Source: a virus
IMG/VR virus record: IMGVR_UViG_3300029240_000001
DNA length: 64,000 nucleotides
Strand: one strand, 5' to 3'
The notes under the pieces: model-generated
Seen by the model: the letters and a program-made list of their open reading frames with translations, nothing else
Told to the model about the DNA's origin: nothing
Database searches by the model: none
Made by a program: the position numbers and the translations under genes
In this document: one piece after another, positions 24,484 through 34,772 of the stretch
How the letters are laid out: every line of letters starts with the position of its first letter
How positions within the stretch are numbered: position 1 is the stretch's first letter

Positions 24484-25512
24484 GTGGATGTACAATCTTT
24501 AAAAGAATATATATTAGACAATGAAAAATTGCCAGAGATTCTTCAGGAGATTGGATGCCACAGTATTCACGATCATGGTGGATATATTACATGCGGAAAC
24601 AAAACTGGAGACAACAAATCAGCAATTGTTATTTATTTAAATGAAAATTTAACTGTTGTAAATTACACTCGTACAATGACGAGCAGTAAAAGAACAACAG
24701 ATATCTTTGATTTGATTTGTTATAACGAAGACTATTCTTTTCCTGAAGCTCTTAAGTTCTGTTGCAATTTATTTGGGCTAGATTATTATCAAGAGCCAGA
24801 AGAAGTTCCAGAATCTCTTCAAATACTTAAAATGTTACAGCAAATGGCGACAGAAGAAGATGACTTTGATGACACTCCGCTAAAACCTATTCCAGAAAAA
24901 ATTCTATCTTATTATCTCCCATACGGCAATAAACTATGGGAGGATGATGGGATTAGTCTAAGCACTCAAAAGCTATTTGAAGTTTCTTTTGATCCAATGA
25001 CAAACTCAATTGCGATTCCAATTAGAGATGAAATTGGGACATTGGTTGGGATTAAAGCAAGAAGAATGGAATATGACCCGGATAGTGGAATGTCTAAATA
25101 TTTTTTTCTCGAACCATGTGCAAAGTCAAGAATCTTGTATGGTCTATTTCAAAATATAAAATTAATTCAACATACAGGGACAGTATGGGTCGGTGAAAGT
25201 GAAAAATTTGTGCAGCAATTGTACGATATGGGGTATTATGGTGTAAGTACTGGTGGAACAAAGATTTCAAAAAATCAAGTTGAGATGTTAACAAGATTAA
25301 ATGCCAAGATTGTTTTTTGTTATGATGAAGATGTTGATGAAGAACAATTAAAAAACATTTCAAATATGTTCTTAAATGGGATCCCAGTATATGCAATTAT
25401 TGATAAAGATCATATTCTTGACAATAAAGAATCTCCTAGCGACAATCCCGAAAAATTTAAATATCTAATTAAAAATAATATATATAGTTTGCGTGAGGAT
25501 AATGACGAATAA
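24484..25512 (+). CDS. DNA primase (Toprim domain)
   Basis: GTG start; VGESEKFV...GG...FCYDEDVD. Confidence 0.65.
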   Translation: MDVQSLKEYILDNEKLPEILQEIGCHSIHDHGGYITCGNKTGDNKSAIVIYLNENLTVVNYTRTMTSSKRTTDIFDLICYNEDYSFPEALKFCCNLFGLDYYQEPEEVPESLQILKMLQQMATEEDDFDDTPLKPIPEKILSYYLPYGNKLWEDDGISLSTQKLFEVSFDPMTNSIAIPIRDEIGTLVGIKARRMEYDPDSGMSKYFFLEPCAKSRILYGLFQNIKLIQHTGTVWVGESEKFVQQLYDMGYYGVSTGGTKISKNQVEMLTRLNAKIVFCYDEDVDEEQLKNISNMFLNGIPVYAIIDKDHILDNKESPSDNPEKFKYLIKNNIYSLREDNDE

Positions 25513-25936
25513 ACAGAGAAAATTTTTTAAACATGCAAAAGCCGCTTCTGAAATGAGCAGTTTTCCAAGAGTACATATTGGTGCAATTGTCACATGTGGC
25601 AATAAAGTTGTAGGTGTAGGTTTCAATAGCAGAAAGAGTTCACCGATTCAAAAGAAATATAATAAATATAGAAATTTTGATTGTTCTGCAACCAATACAG
25701 AGCCTCTTCATTTGACACATGCAGAAGTTGCTGCACTTGGGCAGTTGAAATATATGGATATTGATGTTAGCAAATGTGAAGTATGGACATATAGAGAGAA
25801 TCTAAATCATGAGCTTTCCCCATCTCGTCCATGCGCTGCATGCATGAATTATCTCAAAGACCTTGGTATTAAAAAGATACATTATACAACTGATGGCGGA
25901 TACGCCGATGAAGAAATTGTGATTAAGGAGAGTTAA
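25502..25936 (+). CDS. dCMP deaminase
   Basis: HAEVAAL and PCAACMNYL zinc-binding motifs. The start could instead be the GTG at 25493. Confidence 0.8.
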   Translation: MTNKQRKFFKHAKAASEMSSFPRVHIGAIVTCGNKVVGVGFNSRKSSPIQKKYNKYRNFDCSATNTEPLHLTHAEVAALGQLKYMDIDVSKCEVWTYRENLNHELSPSRPCAACMNYLKDLGIKKIHYTTDGGYADEEIVIKES

Positions 25937-25938
25937 AA

Positions 25939-26118
25939 GTGTATAAGAGAAATTGTGTTGAAGTTAGTGAGGATCTCTGTAAAAAATGTTTTATTAAGAT
26001 CGCCAAGCCAAGCAAAAAAGAGATTAAGCATATTGTACTAACAGACTATAATGCGACATGTGACAATTGTGGGCGAAAAGGGCCAATTGTTGATTATATT
26101 AATGATGAAGATTATTAA
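25939..26118 (+). CDS. small zinc-ribbon protein (59 aa)
   Basis: GTG start after AAGGAG; CKKC...CDNCG. Confidence 0.45.
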   Translation: MYKRNCVEVSEDLCKKCFIKIAKPSKKEIKHIVLTDYNATCDNCGRKGPIVDYINDEDY

Positions 26119-26136
26119 TTTGGAGGAAATGAAATA

Positions 26137-26907
26137 ATGACAAACGATCAGAAAGAATTGGTTCAGCCGATTTTAAATACGATTACGAACTCAGATATTA
26201 AAGAATTTGCCATGGTGCTACTTGGAGATATGCCAGATTACATATGGCACATTGGTGCTTCAAGTACCGGAAAATATCATCCCACTTATAGTCTTGGAGA
26301 AGGCGGGCTTATGCGTCATCAAATTGCGGTTGTAAGATTCTTAAATTTCTTTTTTGAACTTGAGCAGTATAACAGTAAGCTTACTACGAGACAGATGGAT
26401 TTAATGCGTGTAGCTGGATTGTTGCACGATGGTCGCAAAAGTGGTTCTCAGCAAGATTATGAAGCGTCTAAATATACAAGATTTAATCATCCACTACTGA
26501 TGGCAAATGAAATTAGAAAATATGATGGGAAATACTTAGATCATGAGGAAATTGAATTTATCGCTGATGTAGTCTCTAAGCACATGGGGCAGTGGTCAGA
26601 GGATAGGAAAAGCAATGTTGTTCTTCCAAAACCTAACGATAGATTCTCTAGGATGCTACATGTTGCCGATTACCTTGCAAGTCGCAAATGTCTTACAATG
26701 GATTTTACAGGATATATTGAACCAACAAGTACAACTATTAACCCAGAAGAATATGTGTTACCATTCGGCAAATATAGTGGGCAGAAGCTCATAGACATCT
26801 ATAAAGCACATCCTGATTATTGTGATTGGATGGAAAATAATATTCATAAGCGTGATGTTCTAGCTGTTCTAAAAATGGTAAAGGAGAAATGTAAAAATGA
26901 AGATTGA
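26137..26907 (+). CDS. HD-domain phosphohydrolase with C-terminal DUF3820-like module
   Basis: GKYHP...MRHQ...LLHDGRK. C-terminal LPFGKYSGQKLIDIYKAHPDYCDWM. Confidence 0.6.
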   Translation: MTNDQKELVQPILNTITNSDIKEFAMVLLGDMPDYIWHIGASSTGKYHPTYSLGEGGLMRHQIAVVRFLNFFFELEQYNSKLTTRQMDLMRVAGLLHDGRKSGSQQDYEASKYTRFNHPLLMANEIRKYDGKYLDHEEIEFIADVVSKHMGQWSEDRKSNVVLPKPNDRFSRMLHVADYLASRKCLTMDFTGYIEPTSTTINPEEYVLPFGKYSGQKLIDIYKAHPDYCDWMENNIHKRDVLAVLKMVKEKCKNED

Positions 26908-27307
26908 GATCCTTGCTGGTGGTAATATTGAAAAAGCATTTAAAGAACTGAATGTAGATTTTACTACAACATATTCTGGTGATCAATATAAAGTATGTGA
27001 AATTGATAAGAAGGACATGAAGCGCATGGAAGATTATGAAGGAGAATGGCCTGACGATTGGGGCTGGTGGAGCTTTACTAAAGGATCAAACATGGGAACT
27101 CCTTATAATTTTGTTAAGATTAATGGCCGTGATATTATTTGTTGGGAGGGCGATGGTCATTGTAACGATGAATACAATACTCTTCTAGACTATATGAGTA
27201 AAGCAATTGGGGCGTCACAGTCAAGAAATGTATGTGCTCTGGCGGTTGATCTTGCTCGTGCGAATGGCATGTCTATGTCAGAACTGTTTAAAATCTATCA
27301 AAGATAA
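26897..27307 (+). CDS. hypothetical protein
   Basis: Overlaps the upstream stop; followed by a terminator. Confidence 0.55.
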   Translation: MKIEILAGGNIEKAFKELNVDFTTTYSGDQYKVCEIDKKDMKRMEDYEGEWPDDWGWWSFTKGSNMGTPYNFVKINGRDIICWEGDGHCNDEYNTLLDYMSKAIGASQSRNVCALAVDLARANGMSMSELFKIYQR

Positions 27308-27348
27308 TGTATTGCATAGAAAAACACAATAGTATATCAAAAAAATAT

Positions 27349-27377
27349 GGCTCCTAGGCAACTGGGAGCCTTTTTGT
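27349..27377 (+). terminator. rho-independent terminator
   Basis: GGCTCC-N10-GGAGCC followed by TTTTTGTT. Confidence 0.7.
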
Positions 27378-27380
27378 TAC

Positions 27381-27409
27381 TTGACAATACAAAATTATTG
27401 TGATATAGT
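27381..27409 (+). promoter_or_regulatory. sigma-A type promoter with perfect palindromic element
   Basis: TTGACA, 17-nt spacer, TATAGT. ACAATACAAAATTATTGT at 27384-27401. Confidence 0.75.
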
Positions 27410-27430
27410 GGTATCACAAAGAAAGGGTGC

Positions 27431-29146
27431 ATGCATTTGAAATATAAATTAACAGGCAATAATGATACTACAAATATTTTAAAAACAGTATTAAATAATA
27501 GAGGAATTGAAAATTATAATGAATACCTAGCGTTGTGTGACAATTGTTCCGACAATTGGGATAATTTAAATTCTATAGATGAAGCAGTAAATTGCTTTGA
27601 TTATCATTTTTGGAATAAGCATAAAATGGCAATTTTGTCTGACACTGATGTTGATGGAATCACAAGTGCAACAATGATGTATCAATATATTAAAATCATG
27701 GACGTAGACTATCCAGTATCAATTATTGTGCATAAGAAGAACAAGTCACATGGTCTAGCATCTTGGGACTTTGATATTCCAGACAATACAAAGTTGTTGA
27801 TTATTCCAGATGCAGGGAGTAATGATGTGGATGAATGTAAAAAGTTAATAAACGATGGTATTGAAGTAATTGTTCTTGATCACCATCAAGTGTCCACAGA
27901 TAAATTAAATCCTGCTATTGTAGTAAACAACCAAGCGTCTGATGAGTATCCAAATAAGGAAGCGTGTGGCGCTCATGTTACATATAATTTCCTACAAGCA
28001 TTAGATGAGTGCTATTGGAATGATATTTGTGAAGATCATTTTACTGACTTAGTGGCATTAGCAGATATTTCAGATGTAATGTCAATGAGATCATTTAATA
28101 CTCGTGCGATGGTCAACTATGGAATAGATCACATTAACAATAAAATGTTTCAAGAGATTCTCAAGGCGCAGGATTTTTCTACAAAAGGGATTGTGTCTCC
28201 ATTTACAATTGCATTCTACGTTACTCCTTTGATTAATGCGTTTCTACGTAGTGCTTCATTTGAGGAGCGAGAGTTGCTGGTTAATGCTTTTTGTGAATGT
28301 GAAGAAAAAACTTTTGAATATGTAAAACGTGGAGAAAATTTTCCTGTTGAAGAAAATATTTATCAACACTGCGTTAGGATTGCAAAATCATATAAATCGA
28401 AGCAAGATCGCGCTAAAGACAAAGCATGCAAGGCATTCATGGCTTCTAATGATTATTCTAATGATAAAGTTGCTATTGTAGATGCGACAGGTGAATTAAA
28501 TTCAGCATATACAGGGCTTGTTGCAATGAAGATGTCTGAGATACTGAATAGACCTGTACTTCTTGTTATAGAAACAGATAATGGATTTGCTGGAAGCGGT
28601 AGAGCTTTTGATTATTGCCCAATTGAAGATTTCAGAGAACTTGTTGATAAGTGTCCAGAGTCTACTATGTCACAGGGTCATGCACAAGCATTTGGTCTTT
28701 GTTTGACTGACATTAACAAGGCACGAGAATGGTTTAATGAAAATCTTAAAGACGTATCTTTTGAAAAAATATATGTAGTAGATTTCATTGTTGATGCAGA
28801 AGATGTATCAATTTCGTGGTGCCAAGAACTTGATAAATATAAATCAACTTTTGCACATGGAGTAGATGAACCATTGTGGTTGATTAAAGATTTATATATA
28901 TCTAATGATAATGCCAAAATTGTCGGAAAGAACGATGATACAATTCAAATTTATGACGAGGATACGAATATCAAATATGTTATGTTCAAATGCGATGAAT
29001 CAAATGAAGTGTTTGATTGGATGAATAATAATTTTGCAGGAGAAGAGACATATATTAATGTAATTGGCACATTGGGTATTAACGTATATAATGGACAAGT
29101 TTCTCCACAAGTATTAATTAAAGAATGTGAGATTAGAAAGGATTAA
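27431..29146 (+). CDS. RecJ-like DHH-family single-strand exonuclease
   Basis: SDTDVDGITS, PDAGSND, LDHHQ, GHAQAFG (DHHA1). Confidence 0.7.
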   Translation: MHLKYKLTGNNDTTNILKTVLNNRGIENYNEYLALCDNCSDNWDNLNSIDEAVNCFDYHFWNKHKMAILSDTDVDGITSATMMYQYIKIMDVDYPVSIIVHKKNKSHGLASWDFDIPDNTKLLIIPDAGSNDVDECKKLINDGIEVIVLDHHQVSTDKLNPAIVVNNQASDEYPNKEACGAHVTYNFLQALDECYWNDICEDHFTDLVALADISDVMSMRSFNTRAMVNYGIDHINNKMFQEILKAQDFSTKGIVSPFTIAFYVTPLINAFLRSASFEERELLVNAFCECEEKTFEYVKRGENFPVEENIYQHCVRIAKSYKSKQDRAKDKACKAFMASNDYSNDKVAIVDATGELNSAYTGLVAMKMSEILNRPVLLVIETDNGFAGSGRAFDYCPIEDFRELVDKCPESTMSQGHAQAFGLCLTDINKAREWFNENLKDVSFEKIYVVDFIVDAEDVSISWCQELDKYKSTFAHGVDEPLWLIKDLYISNDNAKIVGKNDDTIQIYDEDTNIKYVMFKCDESNEVFDWMNNNFAGEETYINVIGTLGINVYNGQVSPQVLIKECEIRKD

Positions 29147-29151
29147 TCGCA

Positions 29152-29370
29152 ATGGGATGGAATAGTACAAAAGATAAACTCCCTCCAGACATGGTAGATG
29201 TTCTTGGCTATACAGATGCAGATAAATTCAAAGTCGTATCCATTAAGAATGGAGTTTGGAACACTTATATGAATGTACTTTATTGGATGTGGCTTCCTGA
29301 TAAACCAGATATTAAGTCAGAAGAGCCAACAAAAAGACGTGGTAGAAAGAAGGCGACAGATAAAACATGA
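29152..29370 (+). CDS. DUF551-like protein
   Basis: KDKLPPDMVDVLGY...WMWLP. Confidence 0.5.
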   Translation: MGWNSTKDKLPPDMVDVLGYTDADKFKVVSIKNGVWNTYMNVLYWMWLPDKPDIKSEEPTKRRGRKKATDKT

Positions 29371-29654
29371 CAAAAGTTGATCAATATAAATGTGATTATT
29401 GTGGAGAAGTTTTCAATGATTATGACAAGTGCCTTGCACATGAATATGAGCATCAGAATGATGATGTGTCTAGAGCAAAATATTTAATCAAATATAATCT
29501 AAGAAAAGATCTTTGTGACTATTGTGAGCATAGCTATTTTGTATATGGATGCGAGATTGATTGTCAGTTTAAGAAAAACTGTAATTACAAAAACAATTAT
29601 GAATTATTTGCGCCAGTTAAACCATTCCATGACAAAAGTATTAAAGGTTATTAA
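29367..29654 (+). CDS. zinc-finger protein
   Basis: CDYCGEVFNDYDKCLAHEYEH (C2H2-like). Confidence 0.5.
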   Translation: MTKVDQYKCDYCGEVFNDYDKCLAHEYEHQNDDVSRAKYLIKYNLRKDLCDYCEHSYFVYGCEIDCQFKKNCNYKNNYELFAPVKPFHDKSIKGY

Positions 29655-29668
29655 GAAAGGATAATTAA

Positions 29669-30406
29669 ATGAGTTATTGGGATTATGAAGAGCCTATGTG
29701 GGAACCGTCTGAAGCAGATGAATTATTTGATGAAATAAAATCAAAGCTTATTGATGCAGCTAAAGACTCTTTGAAGAGTGATATGGAATCGCTTAAAAGA
29801 CGCAACGAGTATCTTGATAAGCGCAATAAAGAGCTTGAGGACAAATCACTAGAAGTATCAAGAAAAGAGAGTGATCTGGAATATAAATCACGAAATCTTC
29901 GTAGAGAAGTAGAAAAAGAATTTTATAAGACTGCTATTGACGATATCTTTAAGGATGCGCTTGAAAAATCTCAGCTTTGGATTGCATATAATAAACCACA
30001 TGAAAAGCCTAAGTGCGACAAATGCGACGAAAATAGGAAGTGGGTTTTGACTTGGCCTGATGGGACAACCACGAGCAAGAATTGCACATGTTCACAGCCA
30101 GATTATTGGTATGAGCCAGAAGAGACATGGATTGAGGCATTGAGATATAGAGTTAATGACGCGAATTATCCATCGGAAAGATATTATCGTCTCGATAAAA
30201 GTTATCAATGCACTGGTGACAGCAGATGGAATGATTATTCTTATAAAGATTTTGGGATCCAGTTTGTATATGATAAGTTTTGTGATGATGTTATTGAAAA
30301 GCGAGATCAACTCACATATGGTAAAAATATTGGGTTTACATCAAAAGAAGAATGTCAAAAGTATTGTGATTGGTTGAATAAACGGAGTTTGAGAAATAAG
30401 CAATAG
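29669..30406 (+). CDS. hypothetical coiled-coil protein
   Basis: Charged heptad-like N-terminal half and Cys-containing C-terminal half. Confidence 0.55.
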   Translation: MSYWDYEEPMWEPSEADELFDEIKSKLIDAAKDSLKSDMESLKRRNEYLDKRNKELEDKSLEVSRKESDLEYKSRNLRREVEKEFYKTAIDDIFKDALEKSQLWIAYNKPHEKPKCDKCDENRKWVLTWPDGTTTSKNCTCSQPDYWYEPEETWIEALRYRVNDANYPSERYYRLDKSYQCTGDSRWNDYSYKDFGIQFVYDKFCDDVIEKRDQLTYGKNIGFTSKEECQKYCDWLNKRSLRNKQ

Positions 30407-30429
30407 AAATAAAGATTTGAGGTGTGTAT

Positions 30430-30630
30430 ATGAATTGGAGAGAGCAGATTATTCAAAATATTAAAGATTGCGGACAGTCTCTTATGGATAACGCCGAGAA
30501 CATTGTGGATGGTTACAAGTACGCAAGGGGATTTATTATCACTTGCTATGTAGATGGAAATGGAGAACCACCGTATGTCAGTGTCAACACTGATTTTTAT
30601 CCTGAGAAGTTTATTGAAAGGCGTATGTAA
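30430..30630 (+). CDS. hypothetical protein
   Basis: ATG at 30430 after GAGGTG. Confidence 0.5.
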   Translation: MNWREQIIQNIKDCGQSLMDNAENIVDGYKYARGFIITCYVDGNGEPPYVSVNTDFYPEKFIERRM

Positions 30631-30645
30631 AAGGAGGACAAAACA

Positions 30646-30987
30646 ATGAATAGTAATGTAATTATTGATAGCCATATTACCCCAACTGACGTAAAGATTT
30701 ATGTTGAAAATGGCACCCCTTATCTTGATTATACAGGGATATGCTATGCGAGTAACGGTGACAAAATTAAAGTTCATTTTCCAAAAATTGATCTTACACT
30801 TACTAATATAACACAAGAAAAAGAATATGAAGAGTGGAAGTATCAGTGGGGCTCAAGAGAAATACTTACAAAATTTAATGTTTGCGCATCAAACGACAAA
30901 TGGGCTACATTTGAAGTTGTTGAACGAGAAGTGTCAAAGAAACAGCTTGAGAAGGAGCTTGGTTATAAGTTGAATATTAAGGAGTAA
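30646..30987 (+). CDS. hypothetical protein
   Basis: AAGGAGG RBS. Confidence 0.55.
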   Translation: MNSNVIIDSHITPTDVKIYVENGTPYLDYTGICYASNGDKIKVHFPKIDLTLTNITQEKEYEEWKYQWGSREILTKFNVCASNDKWATFEVVEREVSKKQLEKELGYKLNIKE

Positions 30988-30990
30988 TTT

Positions 30991-31275
30991 ATGGCAATTT
31001 ATCCTCTTACAATACGTCCGAGATGCGACACAGAAAATGAATGGATTAAATATAATCCTATATTAAAATACAGAGAGTTTGTAGTTTCTGTTGATAAAAA
31101 TGGGGCAAGATATAAAATTGGAGATGGAATATCTAAGTATGATAAACTGCAATTTGTATCACTGGAAATGGCCATAACAAATGGAATTATATACTGCACT
31201 GGTGGCCAATATAGCCATGTAAAGATTGAACTAATAGATCCAAGAAAAATTGAGGAGGCAAACAATGATCTCTAA
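30991..31275 (+). CDS. hypothetical protein
   Basis: AAGGAG RBS. Confidence 0.55.
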   Translation: MAIYPLTIRPRCDTENEWIKYNPILKYREFVVSVDKNGARYKIGDGISKYDKLQFVSLEMAITNGIIYCTGGQYSHVKIELIDPRKIEEANNDL

Positions 31276-31591
31276 GGAAGCTTTTATTAATACTATGAAG
31301 CATCTTGAAAATCTGGATACGAAAATGGCAAGAGTTGATAGTGCTCTAAAAGATCTTTGCGAAGACTTTTGTGGATTTTATATTACAGATATTTTTGATA
31401 TTGTTATTAATTTGCTCGAAGAAGTGTTCCATGACCAAGAAGAATGGATTGGTTACTTTGTATTTGAAGAGGATTGGTTGCATGGATTTAAAATTGGAGA
31501 TGTCATTGTTAACGATGTACCGGTTATTATTGATGATTGGGGAGACGTTTATGATTTCTTGATTGTTAATATGGAGAAAGAAAATGAGTAG
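31265..31591 (+). CDS. hypothetical acidic protein
   Basis: ATG at 31265 after GAGGAGG. Confidence 0.5.
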   Translation: MISKEAFINTMKHLENLDTKMARVDSALKDLCEDFCGFYITDIFDIVINLLEEVFHDQEEWIGYFVFEEDWLHGFKIGDVIVNDVPVIIDDWGDVYDFLIVNMEKENE

Positions 31592-32162
31592 AATTTTTTA
31601 TATTTCAGATTTACATCTAATGCATCAAAACGTTATTAGGTTTGATAATCGCCCATTTAAAACAGGTGATGAGATGGACAAAACATTAATTGACAACTGG
31701 AATTCCGTTGTAAGCAATGCAGATCATGTGTATCATCTTGGAGATTTTTGCTGGGGCAAGAAGGATGATTGGATTAAGTATCTAAAGCTGCTAAATGGCA
31801 ATATTCATATCATAAAGGGCAATCATGATTTAAAAGAGTTTAGTTCAGATATTAGAAAGTATATTGTAGAAGCTGTAGACTACAAAGAAATCACTGACAA
31901 CGGACGACATGTAATCCTATGTCATTATCCGATCATGTGCTATAAAGCATCTTATAATCCAAATTGCTACATGCTTCATGGACATACCCACATAACAAGA
32001 GAGCAAGCTTTCGTTGAGAAGTGGACTAAGGAGCTAAGAGATAGTAAAAGCTCTAATAGCGATAGTTGTGGCAATATTTTTAATGTTGGATGCATGATGC
32101 CGCACATGGAATATAGACCCAAAACACTTGATGAAATTATTGAAAGGAACAATTATGGATAA
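31584..32162 (+). CDS. metallophosphoesterase (calcineurin-like)
   Basis: ISDLHLMH, GDFCWG, GNHD, HGHTH. Confidence 0.75.
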   Translation: MSRIFYISDLHLMHQNVIRFDNRPFKTGDEMDKTLIDNWNSVVSNADHVYHLGDFCWGKKDDWIKYLKLLNGNIHIIKGNHDLKEFSSDIRKYIVEAVDYKEITDNGRHVILCHYPIMCYKASYNPNCYMLHGHTHITREQAFVEKWTKELRDSKSSNSDSCGNIFNVGCMMPHMEYRPKTLDEIIERNNYG

Positions 32163-32940
32163 AACTCCTGAAGATATAGAATTAAAAATTATACAATTGT
32201 ATAATGATGGATTTGGAACCAATGAAATATCAACAATGTGGAATGTTCACAGAGCTACAGTTCAAAGAATTTTATTAAGGAATAATATAAAATTAAGGAA
32301 AAGAAGTCCAGTAAAATATAATGTACATTTTTTTGATAATTATACTATAGAGAGTTGCTATTGGGCTGGTTTTATTGCTGCGGACGGTACGATAAGAAGT
32401 GATAGAGATTCTGTAGAAATGCATTTGTCGAAAGAAGACTCTAGCCATCTTGATAAAATTGCAAAAGCAACAAATTTTACTGGCAATATACGTGTTGGAG
32501 AAAAAGATTGTTGTATTTCTTTTGCTGGAGAATGGTTTAAAAAATCATTAGAAAATAATTTTGATTTAACATCAAGAAAAAGCATGACTGTATTTGTGAG
32601 TGATAAAATACCAAAAAATATGATACCTCATTATCTTAGGGGGTATTTTGACGGTGACGGTTGTGTTTCACAAACTAATAATTATTTACATATAAGCTTT
32701 ACTTCTGGTTCAAAACGTTTCTTAAATCAAGTTATTGAAATTATATATGATCTCGGAATTAAAGTTAGAAACAAAAGTGAAAAACCTAAAATTCAAAGAT
32801 ATTCAATTCATTATTTTTGCAAAAATGCTTACTATGTTTTGAAATTTTTATATGAAAGTTCTACAGACTTAACAAGACTTAATAGAAAATATTTACTTTA
32901 TACTGATAGAATTAGTGAATTTGAACTAAAGACTTATTAA
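32155..32940 (+). CDS. LAGLIDADG homing endonuclease with N-terminal HTH
   Basis: Two LAGLIDADG motifs: YWAGFIAADGTI and YLRGYFDGDGCV. Confidence 0.8.
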   Translation: MDKTPEDIELKIIQLYNDGFGTNEISTMWNVHRATVQRILLRNNIKLRKRSPVKYNVHFFDNYTIESCYWAGFIAADGTIRSDRDSVEMHLSKEDSSHLDKIAKATNFTGNIRVGEKDCCISFAGEWFKKSLENNFDLTSRKSMTVFVSDKIPKNMIPHYLRGYFDGDGCVSQTNNYLHISFTSGSKRFLNQVIEIIYDLGIKVRNKSEKPKIQRYSIHYFCKNAYYVLKFLYESSTDLTRLNRKYLLYTDRISEFELKTY

Positions 32941-32957
32941 TATAGGAGGCTAAAAAA

Positions 32958-33098
32958 ATGATTAATGAACTTATTGCTAGACTACAGAAGTGCCCTGAGT
33001 ATTCGTGCTCTAGATGCACTTATTATGGAACTCCTGCTTGTGCAATCAAGGAAGCAATTGTTGAACTACGCCATTATGAGCAGGTTATTGCTAAGTAA
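32958..33098 (+). CDS. hypothetical small protein (46 aa)
   Basis: AGGAGG RBS; Cys-containing. Confidence 0.4.
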   Translation: MINELIARLQKCPEYSCSRCTYYGTPACAIKEAIVELRHYEQVIAK

Positions 33099-33111
33099 CG
33101 AGGTATAAATT

Positions 33112-33318
33112 ATGAAAATTCTAGTAGATGAGATGCCATCGCGCCCAATGGATTGCCCCCATTCAGAACTGAGTGGGAATATAGAATATCAATGGTGGCA
33201 TTGTAATTATGGAGGTTGTGGGTGTAAAAACACCAATAGCTGTCCATTCTTTATGAGCTTTGAAGACTATAAAAATCGAACATATGAACGTACTCGTTTT
33301 ACATCAATCATGGACTAG
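33112..33318 (+). CDS. cysteine-rich hypothetical protein
   Basis: CPH...CNYGGCGCKNTNSCPF. Confidence 0.5.
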   Translation: MKILVDEMPSRPMDCPHSELSGNIEYQWWHCNYGGCGCKNTNSCPFFMSFEDYKNRTYERTRFTSIMD

Positions 33319-33402
33319 AAGTATGAAAGCATATTATTGCTTCTGTATTGACCATTGTTGTATTCTGCTGTAGAAATAAAACAAAATTTTAGGAGGAATA
33401 TT

Positions 33403-33633
33403 ATGATCCAATGTTGCGAATATGCTTGTCCATATAGAAATTCGTCTTCTGGATATTGTAGTCTAACTGCTTGTTATGAGCAGCCAATTGTGCCAAAGTA
33501 TGAAAACATGTTAATTTTCCCTCATACTATAGGTAATATTACATATTACAACAAAGAAGAATTGATTAAATGGGTTGAAGACCAGCAGAAATTTAATAAA
33601 GATACCAATTATGGAGTAGGAAATTGGTGTTAA
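33403..33633 (+). CDS. cysteine-rich hypothetical protein
   Basis: ATG at 33403 after AGGAGG; MIQCCEYACPY. Confidence 0.5.
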   Translation: MIQCCEYACPYRNSSSGYCSLTACYEQPIVPKYENMLIFPHTIGNITYYNKEELIKWVEDQQKFNKDTNYGVGNWC

Positions 33634-33667
33634 GTAACAAATAAAAATATATTTTTAAGGTGAATGT

Positions 33668-33991
33668 ATGGGATTGTTTAAAAAAGCATTTAGAAAGAAT
33701 ATGGTGACTCTTCAAAAATTTAAACCTGTTTTTACTACTGTAGACGGTCATAGGCATACTGGTTTTGAATATAATTATGGAATTGTAGAAAGATTGCTGT
33801 GTGGTGTTCCAGAATATATGATGATTGATATTAAAAGTGATGGTTACTTGAAAGATAATTATGGGGTAATGTACCCGCTGGCAAATATTGTGTCGATTGA
33901 TTGGCAACTGGTAGACGAAAAAAAAGTAGAGGATAAATTTGGAAAATATCAAATTTTCGTAACAACAAAAGATGTAGAACAAATATGCTAA
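33668..33991 (+). CDS. hypothetical protein
   Basis: AAGGTG RBS. Confidence 0.5.
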   Translation: MGLFKKAFRKNMVTLQKFKPVFTTVDGHRHTGFEYNYGIVERLLCGVPEYMMIDIKSDGYLKDNYGVMYPLANIVSIDWQLVDEKKVEDKFGKYQIFVTTKDVEQIC

Positions 33992-34009
33992 ATATATGTG
34001 GGTGGGTAT

Positions 34010-34231
34010 ATGAAAAATATAACTTTCGAAGAAATGTTAAATATGGAAGTGCAAGACTTGTTACATGGTTATCCGTCAGGCGGTTATACATATTATTATA
34101 AAGATGGTGATGGCGGGTATCATGAAATTGTTGAATTGGATCTGTTGCGTGGTAGATTTGTGACGGATGACGGTGACTTCTCAGAGTTTGAATGGGAACT
34201 TAAAGAGAGTCATATTTACATAGATGAATGA
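34010..34231 (+). CDS. hypothetical protein
   Basis: ATG at 34010 after GGTGGG. Confidence 0.5.
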   Translation: MKNITFEEMLNMEVQDLLHGYPSGGYTYYYKDGDGGYHEIVELDLLRGRFVTDDGDFSEFEWELKESHIYIDE

Positions 34232-34266
34232 TAAAAATTACATTTTAATATAAGGAGTTAAGGTAT

Positions 34267-34569
34267 ATGAATAAGAGTGCATGGTGGGCATGGGCAATCA
34301 GAAATAGCGTATGTGTAATTTGCTGGACTACTCTTGCGATTGTTTTTAACAAGTGGTGGATATGTCTTTTCTCCATGCTATTTCTTTGTTCTCTCCAGAC
34401 TAACACTGTAAAGGAATATTGTAGAATTTGCGACAAATGCGGCAAGCATAGTGAATATGCAGATAACTACGATGCAGCATTAGACAAGGCGAAGAAAGCA
34501 GGATGGGTTCATTATGTAGATGGCAATAAAGATTATTGCCCAGAATGTAAGGACGAATTAGACGAATAA
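34267..34569 (+). CDS. membrane protein with C-terminal zinc ribbon
   Basis: Two hydrophobic segments, then CRICDKCG...CPEC. Confidence 0.55.
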   Translation: MNKSAWWAWAIRNSVCVICWTTLAIVFNKWWICLFSMLFLCSLQTNTVKEYCRICDKCGKHSEYADNYDAALDKAKKAGWVHYVDGNKDYCPECKDELDE

Positions 34570-34579
34570 GGAGTAACTT

Positions 34580-34768
34580 ATGGATCTTGAAAATTATTTT
34601 GTAAAAGCGGTTGAAGAATGTAATATGACCAAGCCTTTAGAAATTCTCAATTGGTATCGTAATCTTTATTATAAAGAAGAAGCGCATACCGAGCATAGAA
34701 TCATGGCAGATGCAATCTATGATTTGTTTATGGAATATAAGGACGTATTGTGCGGCGATGAGGAGTAA
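34580..34768 (+). CDS. hypothetical protein
   Basis: AAGGAG RBS. Confidence 0.5.
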   Translation: MDLENYFVKAVEECNMTKPLEILNWYRNLYYKEEAHTEHRIMADAIYDLFMEYKDVLCGDEE

Positions 34769-34772
34769 AGCT

